From assembly GCA_027031765.1 (NCBI GenBank), contig JALVPN010000077.1, positions 8,191 to 40,190 on the forward strand: DNA of 32,000 nt. The letters run 5' to 3'. Numbering within the stretch: the first letter of the stretch is position 1; every line of letters starts with the position of its first letter. The position numbers and the translations under genes are program-made. Origin of the DNA: Promethearchaeota archaeon. Its GTDB lineage: Archaea > Asgardarchaeota > Thorarchaeia > Thorarchaeales > Thorarchaeaceae. Below are positions 17,422 through 24,298 of the stretch, piece by piece. A model generated the notes under the pieces. It was not told where the DNA came from and did not search any database. It saw only the letters and a program-made list of their open reading frames with translations.

Positions 17422-18552
17422 ATGAGCGAGCACGAACTCACACTGTTCTTGAGACCAGAGACCATCAAGCCGCCTGCCGAGCACGGCTCCGAGCTCACAC
17501 GGAGGATTGCACTGAACCATGCAGGCCGATTGATTGCTGTGGGAATGCAGGACAAGAGCATCCGGCTATACGATGCAACCAACTTCGAGGAGATCCAGAA
17601 GCTCCAGGACAACTTCCTGAGCACGGCTCTGGCATTCAGTCCACGAGGGGACACTGTGGCATCTGGTGGTGTCGACAGGGTGGTAAAGATATGGGACATA
17701 AGGACGGGCGAGGTGCTCACGACACTGGAAGGGCACACATACCCGATTCTCGGGCTCTCGTTCTCACCTGACGGTAGCAGGCTCCTCTCAGCCAGCGGAG
17801 ACACGACGCTCATAGTCTGGGATCTCAACAGTGGCACCGAGTCCAGCAGGCTCAGGGGCCACAAGTTATACGTCATGTCCTGCGACTGGCATCCAGAGGA
17901 CGACCTCGTCGTGTCGGGGGCTGTCGACGCCACCATTGCACTGTGGGACCCGAACACTGGCAAGATGTTGGGCCAGTACGGCGAACACAGGACCGCGGTC
18001 CATGTGGTCAGGTTCTCCCCACAGGGTGACAGGCTCCTGTCCACATCATCGGACATGACGTGCAAGGTCTGGGACGTGGGCGGGGAGAGCGTCAGGCCCG
18101 TGCACACCCTTCAGGGGCACACAGCAGAGGTGAGGACGGCCACATGGAGCAGTGACGGAGAGCTCATCGCCTCAGGGTCCAGTGAGAAGGAGCTCTTCCT
18201 CTGGTCACTGGACTCACTGCAGGTGGAGGGGGAGGCACGTACAGCTGGGGAGATTGACGGGATAGAGTGGTTCCCTAGCAAGAAGGAGTTCGTCACAGCC
18301 GACAGTTCGGGGGCAATTACCCGCTGGCGCGTACAGGAGCTGTCCATTGTCCTGGCGCCATTCCGCGACCTGCTGGCAGAAATCCAGGCAGACAGCACAG
18401 GGGCGCACCGTGAGGAGCACATCCGCCAGTTTGACGACCTCGTGCAGCGCTACGGTGAGGAGACCCTGAAGGACAAGAGGGTGTTCTATCTGATGTGGCA
18501 GTGCAAGCGTGCACTGGGGCTCCTCAAGGGCAGACCAGCCGGTACACGGTGA
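17422..18552 (+). CDS. WD40 beta-propeller protein (about 7 blades) with a short helical C-terminal domain
   Basis: Repeated GH...FSPxG..L.S.S.D..V.IWD units (VVKIWD, LIVWD, IALWD, CKVWD, LFLWS, ITRWR); GAGGCG ribosome-binding site 6 nt before ATG 17422. Confidence 0.92.
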   Translation: MSEHELTLFLRPETIKPPAEHGSELTRRIALNHAGRLIAVGMQDKSIRLYDATNFEEIQKLQDNFLSTALAFSPRGDTVASGGVDRVVKIWDIRTGEVLTTLEGHTYPILGLSFSPDGSRLLSASGDTTLIVWDLNSGTESSRLRGHKLYVMSCDWHPEDDLVVSGAVDATIALWDPNTGKMLGQYGEHRTAVHVVRFSPQGDRLLSTSSDMTCKVWDVGGESVRPVHTLQGHTAEVRTATWSSDGELIASGSSEKELFLWSLDSLQVEGEARTAGEIDGIEWFPSKKEFVTADSSGAITRWRVQELSIVLAPFRDLLAEIQADSTGAHREEHIRQFDDLVQRYGEETLKDKRVFYLMWQCKRALGLLKGRPAGTR

Positions 18553-18568
18553 CCCCGTAACCCCCGGT

Positions 18569-19096
18569 TCACTGCTTCGTCGCGTCAATCATTAGTCGAC
18601 AGAGCATGGCGAATGCCTCTTCTACATTCTCTCCTGTCAACGCACTCGACTCAACATAGAGAAAACCATTGGCCTCCGCATACTCCTTGCCCTCGTCGGT
18701 TGCGACCACCCTGCTGTCGGTAAGGTCCACCTTGTTTGCTACGACCACCATCGGTACTTCCCGCCCGATATTGCTGAAACCCTCCTCTTTCCACCGGTCG
18801 AGGTTCAGGAAGGTGCGTCGCCGGGTCACATCAAAGACCAAGAGGCCCCCACGAGCACCCCTATAGAACCCCTGCCTGACGACTTCGAAACGGGGCTGTC
18901 CTGCAAGATCCCAGACTTGGAGCACGACGTTTGCGTCACGGTCGAGCAGTGACACCCTCTTGATTGCAAAGTCGGAGCCAATGGTACGTTTGTAGTCGGC
19001 CTCAAAAAAGTCCTGTGTGAACCGCAGGGTCAGTGCTGTCTTCCCGACCGCGCCGTCCCCAAGCATGACGACCTTGAACCGGTACTCAGCGGGCAT
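18569..19096 (-). CDS. Rab-like small GTPase 2
   Basis: G1 GDGAVGKTA, TIGSDF, WDLAGQ, FYRGA, NKVD, ESSALTG; no prenylation motif. Start ATG 19096 after GAGGATG. Confidence 0.93.
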   Translation of the reverse strand: MPAEYRFKVVMLGDGAVGKTALTLRFTQDFFEADYKRTIGSDFAIKRVSLLDRDANVVLQVWDLAGQPRFEVVRQGFYRGARGGLLVFDVTRRRTFLNLDRWKEEGFSNIGREVPMVVVANKVDLTDSRVVATDEGKEYAEANGFLYVESSALTGENVEEAFAMLCRLMIDATKQ

Positions 19097-19328
19097 GTGA
19101 CACACATCCTCGGTGGCTCACGGGTCGCGAGACCCTATAATCGTGACGCAGTCCAATGGCAGGACGCAAGTCGCTAGCGCAGGCCTCCCTTTTGAAGATT
19201 GCCTATTGCAACAAAGAGATGCGTGTTGCCTCCGACCAGTAGCGGCAGCACGCACTACTGACGGTGGCGGCACGTACATGCGCACTGGTCGTTGTTGCGC
19301 AGCATGTGGGTCATTGAGGCCAGTATTG

Positions 19329-19335
19329 TTTAATA
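19329..19335 (+). promoter_or_regulatory. Putative TATA box for the roadblock gene
   Basis: TTTAATA about 45 nt upstream of ATG 19380. A divergent candidate (TATAAT at 19136-19141) may serve Rab-like GTPase 2. Confidence 0.4.
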
Positions 19336-19379
19336 GCAGATTGGAAGAGCAAGGTACTGCTGGCATGGGGTGAAACAGG

Positions 19380-19760
19380 ATGAAGCGACCGGACTACGTG
19401 TTACTCGCTGAGATACTTACCGAGATGAACATGGAGGGTGGCTACACGGCATCTATTCTTGCCAGGGCAGATGGTCTGCTCGTGGCCTCTGCAAAGACCC
19501 CATCTGTGGACCAGGACATTGTGGCCGCCATGGCCGGGTATGTGTCTGCGACCGTGGAGAGGATGCGGGACGAACTCGCACTCGGGAATGTGCATGACAT
19601 CACCGTGAGGTGTTCAGAGGGCAAGGCGGTGTTCAAGAAGGTGCCGGTGACGGGGGAGGACCTGATCCTTGCAGCACTGATGCCAAGGGGGATACGATAT
19701 CACGCGAGACTCCTCGGCAAGACCGCGACAAAGATAGCGAGGATGTTCGGTAAGCAGTAG
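19380..19760 (+). CDS. Roadblock/LC7 (MglB/LAMTOR-like) domain protein
   Basis: 126 aa; SILARADGLLVAS, DIVAAMA......ERM..EL.LG....I.V....GK; GGGGTG ribosome-binding site. Confidence 0.88.
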   Translation: MKRPDYVLLAEILTEMNMEGGYTASILARADGLLVASAKTPSVDQDIVAAMAGYVSATVERMRDELALGNVHDITVRCSEGKAVFKKVPVTGEDLILAALMPRGIRYHARLLGKTATKIARMFGKQ

Positions 19761-20032
19761 GTAGGACGCACAGGTCGTGTCACGGTGGTGTCGTACTTCA
19801 TCCCCACAGTGCCACACGGCACCATGCAAGAGGACACTGTGTCTGGACGCGCACCTGCACAGCGCCGTACGACTTCTGGACTACAGTAGACATGGGGACT
19901 CTTGGCCAGCACCAGCAGGTGGTCACAGGACAGTGGGCCTGACACGGGCAAGGTGAGGGGCCTGTCAAAAGATTCAAGAGAGTAGGTAGCACCACGCCCT
20001 TGATGTCACCTCAATCCTAGGAGTGCAGCTGA

Positions 20033-20356
20033 GTGGCGGAGAACACCGGAACGGCAGACACGGACAATGCGGACGGGGCAATTGAGATACTGTTCTTCAA
20101 GTCTGACAGCTGCCCGTTCTGCCCCCGGGCCGAGGAGGTGATCCGTGAGGTCATCGGGGAGTTCGACCCCGGCGTGTTCAGACTCGTCGTCATCAACGTC
20201 TCGGAGAAGCCGGAGGTCGCAGAGGAGTATGGCGTGTTTGCCCTGCCCACCGTCGTTGTGGGTGGCATGTCAGTGACTGGAGTCCCCGAACCCGAGATGC
20301 TGGTAAAGATTATTCTCGGTTCAAGACTCTCAAGGAAAAGGAGAACGACCAGATGA
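20033..20356 (+). CDS. Thioredoxin-fold protein (CPFC), KaiB-like in sequence
   Basis: CPFC motif, INVSEKPEVAEEYGVFALPT cis-Pro loop; ATGA overlap with kaiC 1. Confidence 0.85.
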   Translation: MAENTGTADTDNADGAIEILFFKSDSCPFCPRAEEVIREVIGEFDPGVFRLVVINVSEKPEVAEEYGVFALPTVVVGGMSVTGVPEPEMLVKIILGSRLSRKRRTTR

Positions 20357-21096
20357 GCAAGTTCACAATTGAGCGCGTCAGGACCGGCATCCCCGGTCTG
20401 GATGAGCTGATTGAGGGCGGGTTCCCCAGAGGGGATACCATCCTTGTCGCAGGAAAGGCAGGCACTGGCAAGAGCATCCTTGCAGTGCAGTTCCTGTACA
20501 AGGGGGCAACCGAGTACAACGAGCCCGGTGTGCTCGTGACTCTGGAAGAGCCGCCCCACCTGATAAAGAGGAATATGATGAGGTTTGGCATGGACCTCGA
20601 GAGACTGGAGAGGGAGGGACTGCTTGCAATAGTCGACCTGTCACCGTCCAAAGAGAGGACGCCGGTCATGGTCGGGGAGTATCCCAGTTTTGACCTCTCA
20701 GGACTGGAGGCAATAATCCTCAGTCATATCCGACGCATAAAGGCCAAGCGGGTGGTCATTGACACGCTCTCAATAATGGCATACAAGTTCCGGAGCAGGG
20801 ACATCCTCCGGGAAGAGTTCTTCAAACTGTGTGCGAGCATTACCGGCGAGGGGTGCACCCTGTTGCTCACCAGCGAGATCCCGGCACAGGACACCGGACT
20901 CGGCGTCTTTGACATTGAGACCTTCCTCGCATCGGGAGTAATCGTCCTGTACAACGAGAAGATCAGCGAAACGTCACGTTCGCGCTCAATTGAAATACTC
21001 AAACTGCGCGGCTCAAAACACAGCTCACGTATCCACTCGATGCGGATAACCGACGAGGGGATCCGTGTATGGCCGGGTGAGATACCCGGACACTGA
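20353..21096 (+). CDS. kaiC: KaiC/RAD55-family single-domain ATPase 1
   Basis: TGIPGLDELIEGGFPRG, Walker A GKAGTGKS, catalytic TLEE, Walker B VVIDT, R-finger ILKLRGSKH. Confidence 0.92.
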   Translation: MSKFTIERVRTGIPGLDELIEGGFPRGDTILVAGKAGTGKSILAVQFLYKGATEYNEPGVLVTLEEPPHLIKRNMMRFGMDLERLEREGLLAIVDLSPSKERTPVMVGEYPSFDLSGLEAIILSHIRRIKAKRVVIDTLSIMAYKFRSRDILREEFFKLCASITGEGCTLLLTSEIPAQDTGLGVFDIETFLASGVIVLYNEKISETSRSRSIEILKLRGSKHSSRIHSMRITDEGIRVWPGEIPGH

Positions 21097-21126
21097 CCGA
21101 CAACACTGTAGTGTGGAGTGTGACCT

Positions 21127-21834
21127 ATGAGGCCAGAAGTGAGGACAACAAGCAGGCGCCGCGCACTGACGGCACGGCCCATGATAGACGACCTTGTGAA
21201 GTTCGGCCAGTTGACACAGGTCTCGTACGTGCTTGTTGGCCCGCTGGGTTCCGGCAAGACCACATACGCTGAGGCGTTCATTGCCGAGGGGCTGAAGCAG
21301 GGCTTCCCTGGGGTGTTCGTCACCACGGACGTGTCGCCACGGGTCATAAGGAATGACATGAGCCGCCATGGATGGCCTGTGGAACGGTACGAGCAGTCAG
21401 GACAGATGGTGTTCATTGACGGGTACTCAGAACGGATGGGGGCACCAAAGATGGGCAGTGCCCGCGCCCTGACAAAGGTCGATGACATAAGCGAGCTCGG
21501 TATTGTGCTGTCCGAGGTCCTCGAAGGCCTTGTGGTGGCGCGCGTGGTCGTTGACAGCCTGTCGACCCTGATCCTCCACTCAGCACCCACCACCATGCCA
21601 CGGGCTGTCCAGAGGCTGAGTGGCCGCATCACACAGAGCTCGCACAGCATAATGTACATCCTTGAAGAGGGTGTGCACGACGACAAGGTGTACGCTACAT
21701 TCTCGTATCTCATGGACGCTGTGCTCAGGTTCCGACTCGTCGAACGTGAGGGACAGACAGTCCACCAGGTGCGGATGGAGCGGATGCGTGGCACAGAGGC
21801 CTCACGTGAGTGGCACGACTTTGTGCTCGAATGA
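21127..21834 (+). CDS. KaiC/RAD55-family single-domain ATPase 2 (catalytic EE replaced)
   Basis: Walker A GPLGSGKTT, VTTDV in place of the EE motif, FIDGYS, Walker B VVVDSLS, RMERMRG. Confidence 0.88.
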   Translation: MRPEVRTTSRRRALTARPMIDDLVKFGQLTQVSYVLVGPLGSGKTTYAEAFIAEGLKQGFPGVFVTTDVSPRVIRNDMSRHGWPVERYEQSGQMVFIDGYSERMGAPKMGSARALTKVDDISELGIVLSEVLEGLVVARVVVDSLSTLILHSAPTTMPRAVQRLSGRITQSSHSIMYILEEGVHDDKVYATFSYLMDAVLRFRLVEREGQTVHQVRMERMRGTEASREWHDFVLE

Positions 21835-21948
21835 GAGGGCGGCCTGTCGTCGCAGGGTATCCCCTCTGGTCACCCCCTCATGGTCTGCAGCTGGGGATCC
21901 CGGGGCTGCCAACAAATCATCATGACACCAACCGGTGCGCTCTCAAAG

Positions 21949-21956
21949 TTTTTAAT
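21949..21956 (+). promoter_or_regulatory. Putative TATA box (with A-rich upstream element) for the helical-repeat gene
   Basis: CAAAG-TTTTTAAT about 42 nt before TTG 21998, which has a GAGGAG ribosome-binding site. Confidence 0.55.
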
Positions 21957-21997
21957 CAACCCCAGTCGAACTTCAGAAGGCTTGAGGAGAGCACACG

Positions 21998-24298
21998 TTG
22001 AGGAAACTGATTGTCGCGACATTACGGGAGATACTCTGTGCATCAATGTCACTCGATGATGGACTGTCAGCAATCCAGAACATATCCATAGGGCACACGG
22101 AGGAGTCGGACATCCCATATGACATTGCAAGGGCAATAGAGGAGATACTCCTCCGTAGACCGGGACTGGCAAGTGCCAAGTTGATGGAGTTGACAGTACG
22201 CCTCTCCTCGGACCCGGACCGGACGCTCCCAAAGATGTTGATGCTCCTTGACACGAGGTCCAACACTGCATATAGGAGGGGCGAGTGCGAGATACTGCCA
22301 GATATCCAAGCCCTACCACAGCTGCTGGACATCCTTGGCGAGCTGTCCAGCGCAGTCATGGACGGGCTGTCCCTGAACCTCAGACCACTGATCCCGTTCC
22401 TTGCAGACGAGATGCTCATGACGCTGACATCCATAGTCGACCGGGGACACCCCGCGTCGACGCGGCTTGCAGTCAGGGAGACCCACCACCTCGCGAGCAT
22501 CCTAGTAGACAGGGGCTTCTACGAGTGTGCGGAGCTGCTCTTGGAGGCGCTCGTACGGGTCGCGGCCGAGGTGCAGGACGAGAGGCTCTACTTTGAGGTC
22601 GCCATCGACCATGCCGTCGTACTGACCGAGACCGGTCTCTACAAGCAGGCACGGACTATCCTCGAAGACCTTGAGAGGAGGGTCAAGGAGAACAGTGACG
22701 TGGCCGCACAGGCGGCAGTGGCCCTGCAGATTGCAGTGAACGAGACCCGTGATGACACTGTGGACCATACCACTGCAAGGGCGTCTGCGGACAGGGCGGT
22801 CGAGCTGCACCGGCTGGCAGTGGAACAGGGGCGCATGGCGCCTGACGAACTGGCCGTTGCCGAGCTGACGGTGGGGGTGAACATCTTGGCCAACGGCTGG
22901 CGGGAGGCCGTCCCACAGGCAATGGAGCGTCTGGAGGCCGGGCTTGCGGTCTACGAGGAGATGGACTCGCTCACCCAAAGACAGGCCTCCCACTGTTTCA
23001 AGGTCCTGGCCGGACTGGGGTTTGCGCACGGCCTGCTGAGTGACCACGACAATGTGACTCTGAGCATCAGGTACCTGAGACGTGCTGAGGCACTGTTGAG
23101 GGAGTCTGTGAAACCAGAGGAGGACATCACAGAGAAGATTGCTGCATGTGAACACTGCATTGGCTGGGTGTGTCTGTGTTCGGAGTCCGACGAACACTGG
23201 GAGCTGGGCATCGACGCCTTCAGAAAGGCCACCGAGTTGCGTCGTGCCCTTGTCGGTGAGGGGCGGCTGTCATGGCTCGCCCTACTCGGTAGCGAGCTTG
23301 GCCATGCACTGTCGTTGATACGGACTGCAGGAAGGATGGACGAAGGGCTCCAAGAACGCCTCGTAAGGATTATGCACCAGTATACCCTGTTGTTCCCGAC
23401 CGATCTGCGGGCCTTCGAAGAGGCTGCCATTGCTACCTACAACATTGTGTGGCTAGCCTCACGACATGGGGCGGAGCTGTCACAGGAGTTGCTCCGACTC
23501 CTTGAGGACATAGACAGGATGTTGACCGATGCGACGCCTGTGGAGGACTCTGTCTTCGTGCGCGGGATCTCCCTACTGATGCCATACCTGAAGTCGGACT
23601 GGAGAGCACTGCGGTACAGGGCCGAGGCCCTGCTCCATGCTGGCGGCCCACTCAGGGACGTGGTACTGCTGATGAGCACGCTGGCAAAGATGCGCATCGC
23701 TCTAGACTACATGACCCTAGAGAGCATCACGCAGGTGATAACGGGTCATGACGGACAACTGGACGGCACCGACGAGCTAATGGCGAGGTACTGGGACGGA
23801 CAGGTCGTACTTGCAAGGGCAGTGGCAGCATTCTACGGTAACAAGGACTACACTACACTCGCCCAAGGGCTGTACGACGCGGCCGTGATGCTCAGAGGCG
23901 TACTACATGCAACGACCGACTTTGAAGAGGCTGCCGAGTTTGTAAGGGCCACGGCCGGCTCGCTAGCGGGTGTACTCCTGAGGTTCGCAACGGCCCTGGA
24001 GAAGACCTACGGCGCGAGAATAGAGAAGAGCACCCCCGACATCACCCCAGCAGACCTTGAGGACACGGGCTTCAACTTCATCCTGTCAGAGGACTGGATT
24101 GGACTGCTGAAGATAACCAACGCGTATCTTGAGATGGTGGAGAGAGCAGAGCTGGCCCAGGCAATGCCATACCTCAACGCAGTCTTCTCAAACATTGCAA
24201 GTGCACTACGGATGATGGACCGCATTGCAATGGTCGACAGGCGCATGCTGAACAGGCTCGGCGAGGAAATGAACAGGCGGTACTATCTCAGGCGCTGA
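21998..24298 (+). CDS. Large alpha-helical TPR-like/solenoid hypothetical protein (766 aa)
   Basis: Long ORF with TPR-like helical pairs (GFYECAELLLEAL, GLYKQARTILEDL, LEAGLAVYEEM, ACEHCIGWV...AFRKATELRR); no catalytic motif recognised. Confidence 0.75.
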   Translation: MRKLIVATLREILCASMSLDDGLSAIQNISIGHTEESDIPYDIARAIEEILLRRPGLASAKLMELTVRLSSDPDRTLPKMLMLLDTRSNTAYRRGECEILPDIQALPQLLDILGELSSAVMDGLSLNLRPLIPFLADEMLMTLTSIVDRGHPASTRLAVRETHHLASILVDRGFYECAELLLEALVRVAAEVQDERLYFEVAIDHAVVLTETGLYKQARTILEDLERRVKENSDVAAQAAVALQIAVNETRDDTVDHTTARASADRAVELHRLAVEQGRMAPDELAVAELTVGVNILANGWREAVPQAMERLEAGLAVYEEMDSLTQRQASHCFKVLAGLGFAHGLLSDHDNVTLSIRYLRRAEALLRESVKPEEDITEKIAACEHCIGWVCLCSESDEHWELGIDAFRKATELRRALVGEGRLSWLALLGSELGHALSLIRTAGRMDEGLQERLVRIMHQYTLLFPTDLRAFEEAAIATYNIVWLASRHGAELSQELLRLLEDIDRMLTDATPVEDSVFVRGISLLMPYLKSDWRALRYRAEALLHAGGPLRDVVLLMSTLAKMRIALDYMTLESITQVITGHDGQLDGTDELMARYWDGQVVLARAVAAFYGNKDYTTLAQGLYDAAVMLRGVLHATTDFEEAAEFVRATAGSLAGVLLRFATALEKTYGARIEKSTPDITPADLEDTGFNFILSEDWIGLLKITNAYLEMVERAELAQAMPYLNAVFSNIASALRMMDRIAMVDRRMLNRLGEEMNRRYYLRR

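Noticed and set aside
19761-20032. Small Cys-rich ORFs (19798-19995, 19700-19951) between roadblock and thioredoxin
   Set aside because: No motif, no ribosome-binding site and opposite strand to both neighbours; more likely intergenic.
786-24298. Short convergent 3' overlaps (ABC/tgtA 23 nt; helical protein/EF-2 paralog 11 nt)
   Set aside because: Common in compact archaeal genomes; no further signal.
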